Positions 21,616-31,600 of a stretch of 64,000 nucleotides of DNA are shown in pieces. The notes beneath the pieces are model-generated. The model was not told the origin of the DNA. It made no database searches and was given only the letters and a program-made list of their open reading frames with translations. Source of the DNA: Limnochordia bacterium (GTDB lineage Bacteria > Bacillota > Limnochordia > DUMW01); the NCBI GenBank assembly GCA_023230925.1, contig JALNWK010000005.1, positions 13,111-77,110 on the forward strand. The letters are read 5' to 3'. Numbering within the stretch: position 1 is the first letter of the stretch; each line of letters starts with the position of its first letter. The translations under genes and the position numbers were made by a program.

Positions 21616-22524
21616 CTAATCCCTTGTGGAGCTTAAGACAGCAGCCAAATCTAACGCCAGCTCCTCAATCTCTCTTAATTTCGTGGTTAGCACTTGGCGT
21701 TCCTGTTCTTTAAGAACGATTCTTGGACCCTGATCCAACTGGTGGAAGTACCGCCCAGCTTCATCTAAGGCCTCATTTATCTTCGAGATAACGCTTGCCT
21801 GTTCACTGGCAAGGCGTGGGTTTTGCTCCTGAAGTCGGGGCTGTCTAAACTTTTCAACGGGTCGCACCCGACGAATCGCCTCCATGGGCGTTAGCTTTCT
21901 GTTTTCAATGAGGAGTCTGGATGCCTTTTCTAGATCGCTGCGCGCTAGTTGCTGCTCTTCGGCAAGATCAAGCAGTTGATCCTGGAGTTGATCCTTTTTT
22001 AGACGTCTGGCTGTTCTTTTTGCCACGGCTAGATGCGACAAAGTCAGTACACTAGTTCCTCCCTGGAAGTTATTCACAATTGCCCGCTGATGCCGTTCAC
22101 TCGCCTCCAAGATAAGTAGCCAGTTTAGCATAGTGGTGCGGGGAATGCCTATCTTTTCCGCCAAGGCGTTCTTGGAAAGCCCAGTCTCATTGAGATACTG
22201 CATAATACAGACAGCTCGTTCCAAGGGATCCAGCTCACTTCGCTGCTCGTTTTCAACCAGTTGAAAACGGGTCGCATCAATAGTCTGATCCGCGATAATA
22301 CATTCAATGTACTCAAATCCTAGCAATTTACAGGCTTGAAATCGTCTTTCGCCGGCGATAAGACGATACATATCCCCCTTTAATGGCCTTACTGTGATCG
22401 GATGTAACAGACCCACCTCGGCGATAGAATCAGCTAGGGTCTTGATGCCCTCCTGACTTGCCCTTCTACGTATCTGTCTTGGGGGAATTTCGATCATCTT
22501 AATGGGTACACTCATCACTTTCAT
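21616..22524 (-). CDS. ParB/Srx-fold ParB-like protein (ParB N-terminal domain with GERRxxA box, plus HTH)
   Basis: LIAGERRFQACKLLG has the arginine-rich ParB/CTPase box. An HTH is predicted at LSKNALAEKIGIPRTTMLNWL. No parA gene is adjacent. Confidence 0.7.
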   Translation of the reverse strand: MKVMSVPIKMIEIPPRQIRRRASQEGIKTLADSIAEVGLLHPITVRPLKGDMYRLIAGERRFQACKLLGFEYIECIIADQTIDATRFQLVENEQRSELDPLERAVCIMQYLNETGLSKNALAEKIGIPRTTMLNWLLILEASERHQRAIVNNFQGGTSVLTLSHLAVAKRTARRLKKDQLQDQLLDLAEEQQLARSDLEKASRLLIENRKLTPMEAIRRVRPVEKFRQPRLQEQNPRLASEQASVISKINEALDEAGRYFHQLDQGPRIVLKEQERQVLTTKLREIEELALDLAAVLSSTRD

Positions 22525-22617
22525 CTAACTCGGCTACACAACCACAGATTCTACTCCTAGATGTAGCCCGTCAACACCGCCTTTCACAGCATAGAACAGT
22601 CCGCTATGCTCGTGACT

Positions 22618-23439
22618 TCAAATCTCGTTAGAGCCTTTTAGCCTTCCTAGGATTCTTTGCCACCAAGGGGGCTTTACACCAAACCTCGGCAGGGGAAGGG
22701 GATCTTCAACCTTGACTTCTCGCCCCGCAAGCACTGCCGAGGGATTATCCTCCAAGAGTGCCTTCAAATAATGCGGTTCAATTCGCCCTTGGAGCTCCTG
22801 CTTCACTTGTCCATAACATACTCCCCGATGTCCTGACTTACGATGCATGTCCGAGGCAATAACATGAACCATTTTGGCTTCAAGTAGGGACCAGGCCACT
22901 TCCCTCACCCGTGTCCCGAATACCCCAAGCAGGCTGCCTGCATTAACTTGAAGCAATGCCCCCTGCTCCACTAGCCAATGCAAGAACTCCGGTTGATGAT
23001 ACACCACCGCGTTCCGCTCGGGATGGGCAATGATAGGTATTACTCCTTTAACTAGGACTCGGAATAGGACCTCCTCGACACAGGGCGGAATCTGATTCAA
23101 CGGCAACTCTAATAGCAAATAAACCCCGGTACCTGCAAGGGTCAACGGAGTAACGTCATTGATATTGAGCAGACCGCTATCAAACTCCACTTCAAAGCCT
23201 AAATGAAGGGATATTCCCAGACCATTACCCGCCGCTTGCTTAGTTAGTTCTGCAAAGGACAACTGCGCAGCGTGAATATAGCTTTCCCACTCATCTTTCA
23301 TCAGGAAATGGGGAGTTGCAATCGCGCTAGCAATACCCGCTTCCTCTGCTGTGCGAAGCATTGCCACGGCTTCTTCCATACTATCCGCACCATCATCAAG
23401 GCCCGGAAGAACATGCGTATGAATATCAACTACAACCAT
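22618..23439 (-). CDS. PHP-family Mn-dependent protein-tyrosine phosphatase (CpsB/YwqE type)
   Basis: MVVVDIHTHVLPGLDDGA...ATPHF are the PHP motifs. ATGA overlap with the BY-kinase gene. Confidence 0.85.
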   Translation of the reverse strand: MVVVDIHTHVLPGLDDGADSMEEAVAMLRTAEEAGIASAIATPHFLMKDEWESYIHAAQLSFAELTKQAAGNGLGISLHLGFEVEFDSGLLNINDVTPLTLAGTGVYLLLELPLNQIPPCVEEVLFRVLVKGVIPIIAHPERNAVVYHQPEFLHWLVEQGALLQVNAGSLLGVFGTRVREVAWSLLEAKMVHVIASDMHRKSGHRGVCYGQVKQELQGRIEPHYLKALLEDNPSAVLAGREVKVEDPLPLPRFGVKPPWWQRILGRLKGSNEI

Positions 23440-24143
23440 CAGGCTTGTTCCTCAGTCTGATCATAGTAGTAATAGTAGTAGTAATAATTCCCCTTACTGA
23501 CCTGAACATTGTTTAAGACCGCACCGATGACGTTGGCTTTGGCGTTGTCCAAGGCTGCCTTGGCATCCTTTGCAGCTTGATACTGGGTATGCCCTGCGTT
23601 TACCACAAGAATGACTCCATCTACCTTTGCGGCGAGTATAACTGCATCGGCCACGGCGATTACCGGAGGACTGTCAACTAAAACGATATCCGCCCTCCCC
23701 TTTAGTTCATCAAGTAGGTGTTCCATCCCCGCTGAACCAACAAGCTCCGATGGATTAGGAGGAACTGGTCCTGAATTCAGTAGCGAAAGACCCGGGACAT
23801 CGGTCTTCTGGATAGCCTCATCCACAGACATCTCACCCAAGAGAACGGTGGTTATGCCCACCCGGTTATGCCCTCCACAGATACGATGCAAGGTTGGTTT
23901 GCGCATATCACACCCGACAATAATTGTCTTCTTGCCACTTTGGGCCATTACTACCCCAAGATTGTGAAGGGTCGTCGACTTTCCTTCCTCGGGACCTGCG
24001 CTGGTAATAAGGAGCGTCTTTAACTCCCGATCGATGCCCGCAAACTGAATGTTACTTCTCAGCATACGATAGGCTTCGGCTACCGGCGATTTTGGATCTA
24101 GGTTTGTGATAGCACCACTGGCTCGCTTGTCCAAGCTTCTCAC
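23439..24143 (-). CDS. Cytoplasmic BY-kinase (CapB/YwqD/CpsD type) with C-terminal poly-tyrosine tail
   Basis: Walker A GPEEGKST, Walker A' VGCDMRKP, Walker B VLVDSPP. The C-terminus is YYYYYYYYYDQTEEQA. Confidence 0.9.
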   Translation of the reverse strand: MRSLDKRASGAITNLDPKSPVAEAYRMLRSNIQFAGIDRELKTLLITSAGPEEGKSTTLHNLGVVMAQSGKKTIIVGCDMRKPTLHRICGGHNRVGITTVLLGEMSVDEAIQKTDVPGLSLLNSGPVPPNPSELVGSAGMEHLLDELKGRADIVLVDSPPVIAVADAVILAAKVDGVILVVNAGHTQYQAAKDAKAALDNAKANVIGAVLNNVQVSKGNYYYYYYYYDQTEEQA

Positions 24144-24155
24144 TTCCCGACTCTA

Positions 24156-25613
24156 TCAGATACTACGTTTTGCAGAGCCACTTTTGGGGCTCATTCGTTT
24201 CCTTTTGCGTTTTCGTGGTCTATTGGAATCATCAAAGTTAGGAATCATCCCCAGTACAGGCAATCCCAACAGTTCCTCTACCTCTTCAGCGGTCTTGATT
24301 GTGGTATCAATATACTCTAGGAAGAAGGCTAAACCACAACCAACAAACAGACCCAGAAACCCTGATATAGCCAGGTTCAGTTTCTTTCTTGGCTTGATCG
24401 CATGCTGAGGCACCACCGCTTTATCCACGATCTGCACGTTAGCTGATTTCATGGCTTCGGTGATCCGGATCTCCTCATACTTTGTCAGAAGGAGAGTGTA
24501 CAACTCCTCGGTTACGCTAAGGTTTCGCGTTAGCCTTTGTACTTCCATTTCTGTACTGGGTAGGCCTCCCATAGCCTGCTGCTTGTCCTCCACCAGATCT
24601 TGTAGAGTACTCAACCTAGCCTCAAGAGCAATGACCTCAATTTGCCAGGCAATCAGATCCTGTAGAATACTCTGGTACACTGGGTTTGTCGCCCGGCTTT
24701 CGCTATCAACGACATCTTGAAGGGCGACAGCCATCTGCCGTTTCACCTCATCGATTTGTGCCTCAACAGCTATCACCTGCGGATGAACACCTGTATATGT
24801 TTGTTTCAACGCTGCAAGCTGCACCTCTAAGCGTCCGAGCTCGGCCCGGTGTTCCATTAGGAGCGGATTATCAGTGACCGACCGGGAGGCAATCAGGGTC
24901 TGATCTTGCTGTGTTAACTGCTCCTCTAGTTTAGACATTCGAGTTTTTGCCTCACTAATCTGCACCATCGTCTCGGCCATCATTTTGTCTAGCGCGCTCA
25001 ACTCTGAAACCAATGACGCGCTCTCCTGTAGGGGCGCAATTACCTTATGCTCAGTCCGGTACCTATTTAGCGCCTCCTCCGCGGCCAGTAGATCCTGCTG
25101 TACGATGGTCAGCTGTTCTTCAATAAAGACCCTTGCGTTTCTTGCCTCCTCTTGATTGGCCAGTTGATTCAACTCAATGAAGGCCTCAACTACAGTATTT
25201 GCCACCTCAGCGGCGAACTTAGGATCCGTGGACTGAACACTAATCCGAATCGTATCTGTCCCTTGTACAGGTAGCACACTAATACCTTGCTTAAAACCCA
25301 GAAACTCAGAGGAATGGGGGTCATCTTCTAATCCGAGCTTCGATGCCGCAAACTGAGCCAAATGACGGCTTTTTAGAATCTCGACGTAGTTTTGCACAGG
25401 GTTCTTCCCTGATAACGCCCCCGTATCGAAAAAGGGAATCTCGAGGCTGCTAGTCGGATCACGGATCATAATCGTCGTAGAAGCTTCGTAGACCGGCTCT
25501 GTAAGTTCACTGGCAACATAACTGCTGATGAGCGCGGTCAGGAGCAAAACGATGATGATCTCCTTGCGCCTGACTATGATTCGCCAGTACTCCATGATTT
25601 CCATGCTTTCCAT
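24156..25613 (-). CDS. Wzz/PCP-family polysaccharide co-polymerase with extended coiled-coil periplasmic domain (BY-kinase transmembrane modulator)
   Basis: N-terminal TM IIIVLLLTALISSYVAS is followed by a Wzz-like motif region, a long coiled coil, a C-terminal TM and a polybasic tail RPRKRKRKR. Confidence 0.8.
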   Translation of the reverse strand: MESMEIMEYWRIIVRRKEIIIVLLLTALISSYVASELTEPVYEASTTIMIRDPTSSLEIPFFDTGALSGKNPVQNYVEILKSRHLAQFAASKLGLEDDPHSSEFLGFKQGISVLPVQGTDTIRISVQSTDPKFAAEVANTVVEAFIELNQLANQEEARNARVFIEEQLTIVQQDLLAAEEALNRYRTEHKVIAPLQESASLVSELSALDKMMAETMVQISEAKTRMSKLEEQLTQQDQTLIASRSVTDNPLLMEHRAELGRLEVQLAALKQTYTGVHPQVIAVEAQIDEVKRQMAVALQDVVDSESRATNPVYQSILQDLIAWQIEVIALEARLSTLQDLVEDKQQAMGGLPSTEMEVQRLTRNLSVTEELYTLLLTKYEEIRITEAMKSANVQIVDKAVVPQHAIKPRKKLNLAISGFLGLFVGCGLAFFLEYIDTTIKTAEEVEELLGLPVLGMIPNFDDSNRPRKRKRKRMSPKSGSAKRSI

Positions 25614-25627
25614 GTTTTACTACCCCC

Positions 25628-28600
25628 CTACCACCCAGTAACCAGATCCTTAAACAACTTAACCCCTGTGAGGAACTGAAAGATGGTATTCCAATCTGGG
25701 GATGTCGTTTCGGGTACATAGATAATGTCGCCACCAACCACAATTGGATTTGCTTTCTTTACATCCCCTTCGAATAACAGCTTATCCCCCAAGGACGCCT
25801 CTCCAACCTGGGAAACATCCGCCCCCCGGTAAATCCCCACCGATTGCAGGGCTGCCCGCTCTGTTGGACCGCCAGCCATAGCAATTACATCCATAACACG
25901 GGTATCGGGGCCGATTGAGTACATTCCCGGTTGCTTAACCTGTCCCAATACAACCACTTCCAGTTTTGCTTCGGGGACAAAAATCACATCTCCCTCTTGG
26001 ATCGGATAATTCGTGTTAAGCGCCAGCTGATGGGTCAGAGCATGAAAATCTGCCTGCAAGATAACATCCTGGTCGTCTTCAGTTCTGGTAATGGTGATTT
26101 GGTCTAGACTTGCCCCGGGCAACACTCCTCCAGCCAAACTGATTGCATCCAAGAGCCGAGACCCTTGCGGAAGAAGATAGGCACCTGGACTACGTACTTG
26201 TCCAAGAACCATCACATTACGAGCCCTTGGTACATAGACAATGTCACCGGGGGATATCCGGACATCATCACCCTGCAGCTTGTATAGCGAAAACAAGTCA
26301 AAGACATGGGTTACTGCTCCATCTGCCCTGCTTAGGGTAATGCTTTGGGTATTAGCCCGATCGGTAACCCCTCCCGCTAGGGCAATAATGTCAACTAACC
26401 GATTGTTAGTTCCTAAGGGATAGGCCCCAGGATTGCGTACTTCCCCGAAGACTAAGACCTGTTGTGTTAGCATCGGCACATACACAGCACAGCCTGGACT
26501 AAGTAGGGGACTATCCATTAATCCTGAGGCGATACGGGTTAGACTGTAGATTTCCTCTCCCGATTCGTCCCCGACTATGATGCTGTCTCCGTCAGCATCA
26601 TCCCGCAATCCCCCCGCCTTTGCTACCATATCCAATAGTGAGTCCCCGGTTAAAAGCGTATACTGACCCGGGCGATTCACAGCACCCAATACCGATACCT
26701 GTCTGCGCACGAGGGGGATATAAACCAGATCGCCAGGAAAGACCTCTACGTTGTCGCTGCTATCTGGCTCGTGCAACACTGTTTGCAGATCAACCACAAT
26801 TCTACGAGGTTCCATGGCTGCTTTGCGGACTACAATTGCCTCCCCAAGCTCATCTTGGGCCAGTCCACCAGCCTTGGTAATCAGATTAAACAACCGTTCC
26901 CCTTCTTTGACAGGATACGTTCCCGGGTGACTTACCTCACCGAGAATAAGTGCATCATGTTCCCCTTCGGGCACAATAAGCACATCTCCGCCCTGCACCT
27001 CAATGTTGGAAGTCAAGTCATATTGCTGGCGTACCGCATTCAAATCCATCGTATATATGCGTATCTCGTCTTCGTCTCGGACTAAGGTGACCTTGGAAGG
27101 ATCTGCCTTGGGCGTAATGTCCTTGGCCATGGCTAACACATCTAGGACTCTGGCGCCGGCATCTACTATATAGTAGCCCGGGTTGTTCACTTGACCAAGA
27201 ACTAATACCTGACGATTAGCACGGGGAATGAATACAATATCACCACCGACCAGTAACGGATTGTCCTGATTGACATCACCCATCATCGCCTTAGCATCCA
27301 AGACTTCAGTCCGATCGTCGCGGCTTAAGGACACTCTCTCGAGATCAGCTTGAACAGTGGGCCCTTGGGCCTTTCCAATAAGGTCAAGGAGTGTATCTCC
27401 CGGCTCAGTAAGGTACGTACCTGGACGATTGACTTCACCTAAAATCAATACCCGCCTATTGGCCCTCGGTAGATATAGTACATCGCCGGCCAAAATGTGG
27501 ACAAACCCATCGACGTCTTGGCTAGTTAGCTTGCCAAGATCAGCCGGTATTCTGCAATAACTGCCATCGGCACTCTTACGCAGGATGTAGGCCCCAGAAA
27601 GATCGGCATCTTCCGTTGCCCCGCCTGCCTTACTTAAGAGTTCCAGCGGACCTAGACCCTTCTGATAGCCAAAGTGTCCCGGTCGAGTGACCTCACCTAA
27701 CACGAGGACTTCCCGTTCGTCCCGGGGTACGTAGATCATATCCTGGGGCTTAAGCCCTAGATTGAAGTCGCTATTTGTGAGGGCCTCCACAAAATCTATT
27801 TCCTCTTGCTTACCGTCCGCTCGAATGATTCGCACTGCGTCTTGACGGGCGTTAGCATTCAATCCACCCGCCAATCCAATGATATCCAACAGTCGATCAT
27901 GTCCTGCCGCAATCGTATACCGACCAGGAATTCGTACTTCCCCCAAAACAACAACTTCCCTGTTTTCCTTCGGTATAAAGAGGACATCTCCGCCATGAAT
28001 AACAAGGTTCTCCTTTGGATCACCTTGATAAACCAAGGCCGCTAAGTCAATCGGCAATGGATCTGATTCATTTCCAAACCGACTCAACCGCCCCTGCATA
28101 CTGGCGGTTTGCTCATTTAGACCACCGGCCATGGCAATCAGATCAAGAACACGACTGCCCGGCTCGGGAACGTAATATCCCGGATTTCTTACCTCCCCAA
28201 CAACCAACACACCCTGCCTAGTAGCAGGTACATACACTACCTCACCGCCCACGAGCCTGTTCTGCGGTTGATTCTCCCCGTCTAGACCCACCACTAGGCT
28301 CCGCTCATCTACGTGCACATTGATCTTTGTCGCATCAGCTTTACTGGTTAGTCCTCCCGCGAGGGCAAGAAGCTGCATGATACTCAAACCCTTTTCATCA
28401 ACCTGGAAGACACCAGGATTACGTACCTCACCAAGCACCCATATATGACGTTCCACCCTAGGCACATAAATAACATCCCCACCTCGAACTACATCGGGTG
28501 TGACAAGATCAAATTGGGTCTGAATCGGGGAATACCCTTCGTCAGTTAGCCGACTTATGGTCACCTCTTCGGTATCCGCAAAAAGCGTGAATCCCCCAGC

Positions 28601-31600
28601 CCTTGCCACCACCTCTAACGCAGAAGTAGCACCTTTGATCGCATAGGCACCGGGACTCCTCACTTCACCGAAAATCAACACTTCAGTGGCCATCTGGGGC
28701 ACAACTATGGTCTCCCCGCCACTTAGCATAATGTTCTGAGCAATATTGGGTTGCTGTTCTACTGCTTCGAGATCTATTTTCTCTAACTCAGCACCCTCAG
28801 GACGTGAGAGCATAAGACCACTGGCGTTCGCCTCTTTGGCAAGCCCACCAGCCAGACCTAACACATCAAGAATTGATGCTGATGACTCAAGAGTATAGCG
28901 TCCTGGTCTTGCTACAGCACCAAGGACTGTAACCTGGCGCACCCGCTTGGGAACAAATATGACATCCCCGCCCACTAAGGGTATATTACTACTACCGTCA
29001 TCTTGTAGTAGCGTTTGGCAATTAATCTCTTTGCTTACAAAACTCCCGTTTTCGATTCTCCGTAGGGCAACAGCTTCCACATCAGCAAAGGACGAAAATC
29101 CCTTTGCCTGACCGATAATTTCTAGCAGACCCTGACCCGGCTCTAGGTTATATACACCCGGGGCATTAACCTCGCCAAAGACTACCACCTGGCGTTCTTC
29201 TGCTTTCTCTATGTAGATTACGTCCCCACCGGAAAGAATTGGGTTTAATGGTCCCTTGGGATCTGCCTTTGCCTCAAGGAGGCTGTATCTTTGAGGCTGA
29301 TCCCTATCTTCGCTTGTTAACCAGATTAGGTCAATATCCGCCTCCGGTGTAGTCCCTTCGGCCATAGCAAGTGCGTCAAGGAGTCGAGTAGGTCCAATCA
29401 CCGTATACGTTCCCGGTCGTGTCACTTCCCCAAGCACCGTAATATCCCGTCTAGCCCGAGGAACATAGACCACACCGCCCGGCTCTATAATTGGGCTCAA
29501 CAGTCCATCTGGAGCATCGGACATGGTCTTTTGGACATTGAAGACTCTACGTGTTCCGTCCTTAAGGAGAACATGCACATTTTCCGCATCACCATGTTCA
29601 GCCACGCCGCCGGACATGGCTAGGGCATCGAGTAACCGAATGTCTTCTTGGATATCGAACACACCGGGGCTTTGAACTTCCCCTAACACGACCACTTGCT
29701 TTTGTGCCTTTGGCACATAGATGACGTCCCTAGGTTCTATCGGAAGGTTATCCTCTGGCTTAGTATTGCTCAGAATCGCTGAAACATCTATCGTACACAG
29801 CACTGGCCCTGTGGCTGTCTGCCGAGTCAGACTGACTTCCCCAAGATTTGCCCTTTCCGTAGGCCCTCCCGCTAAGGCGATCATATCCAATAATGTTGCC
29901 TCGGGTAGAATCTCGTATCCCCCTGGCACCCGTATTTCGCCTAAAATGACCACTTGTCGTTCCACCTTGGGAACAATAAGTACCTCACCGCCCTCTAACA
30001 GGCGGTTCGTCTCTGAAAATGGCCGCGCTAACACTTGCTCAAGGTCTATCTCAATCAGGCGAACATCATCGCCGACTCTTAAGCTTAGGCTTGCCGCCGA
30101 CAGGTCCGCTTGAGGAGTAGGACCGCCACCTAGAGCCAAAACGTCTAGTACCGTTAATTCCTTCGCAATCTTGAAGTACCCTGGATTACGCACTTCTCCA
30201 AGGAGCAACACACCCCGGTTGTCTTCGGGGACATACACAACATCCCCTGGCCTAACTAGTACCTCATCACTAACTACCTGACGTAGGGCGTCTCCTAGAT
30301 CCAACTCCTTAATCAGCACTGCATCACTCGTCTGCCGGGTGATGCTGATCTTCGCCTTGTCAGCAGTAACATCCAAACCACCCGCCAACGCCAGGAGTTC
30401 ATAAATGGTGACCCCTTCTTCAACTACATATGTACCAGGATTCCTTACCTCACCTAAGACGATGGCGTGACGTTTTGTCTCAGGAACATAAATGATATCC
30501 CCACCCGACAAATGTGGATTATCCGCTTTCGGCCGTGCAGATATGGCATCTTTCACGTCAACGACCACCGGCTCCGCCTGATCCTTAGAACTAATACTGA
30601 CTTTGGTGGCGTCACCCAACTCGGTAATACCACCAGCGATAGCAATTGCATCCGTAAGCCGACTTCCGGGTCTGAGATCATAGGAGCCTGGACGCTGAAC
30701 CTGACCAAAGACAATAACCTCCCGCTCAGCTTTAGGAACAAAGACAACATCGCCACCGAAAATAGGGATATCCGGCTTGTTCTGATCCTTTTGCAAAATC
30801 GCATCCAGATCGACAACAATGCGCTCTTGTTGCCCTCCTACTTTACGAGTAATACTTATCTGATCTATCAAAGCACCCTCTGTAGTATTTCCTGCCATCG
30901 CAATCAGCTCGAGCAGACTTAAATCACCCATTACCTGGAAGGCTCCGGGATTATTTACCTGACCCAAAATGACTACTTGCTCTGCCTTAGGAACATACAT
31001 AATGTCCCCTGCACATATCTCGATATTGTTGGCCCCACCACCGCTTCTGCGTATTACTTCTAGATCAACTATATGCTGGTCGTCTCCTCTTTGTAACACC
31101 ACCTGACGAAGATCAGCTTCCTTGGAATATCCGCCAGCAAGGCTGAGTAAATCAAGAATCCTGGTACCTTCTCGCACTGTGTAAGCGCCAGGTACATTAA
31201 CCTCACCAAGGACCAGGGCTTTCCTCTCCTTTGGCACAAATACAATATCGCCTGACTCCAGACTAAACTGATCCCGTCTGCCCTCACTGACGATCTGGGC
31301 AAAATCAACGATCTCCAATTGGCCGTCGCGAGTGATCTTAATTTCGCTGATCGACGCCTCCGGGGTCAGTCCTCCGGCCCGAGCAAGCAGCTCTGAGATG
31401 GTTGACTCGGGCTTCAGATCATATAGACCGGGAACCTGTACCTCACCAAATAGCCTTACCTGAATCGTTCTAAACTCCTTAACTACAACGGTTACCCGGG
31501 GACTAACAATTAACTCCTTCATTCGCTCCATCAGTTCATTGGCCAACTGAGAGCTAGACTTTCCCGATGCAACAATATCCCCGGTCAGGGGTGGTACACC

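Noticed and set aside
25700-31500. Possibility that the SLBB array is a recent nucleotide-level tandem repeat or assembly artefact
   Set aside because: The repeat units differ extensively at the DNA level, with no long identical stretches seen by eye. This is consistent with ancient domain repeats, unlike the TPR gene where identical DNA blocks do occur.
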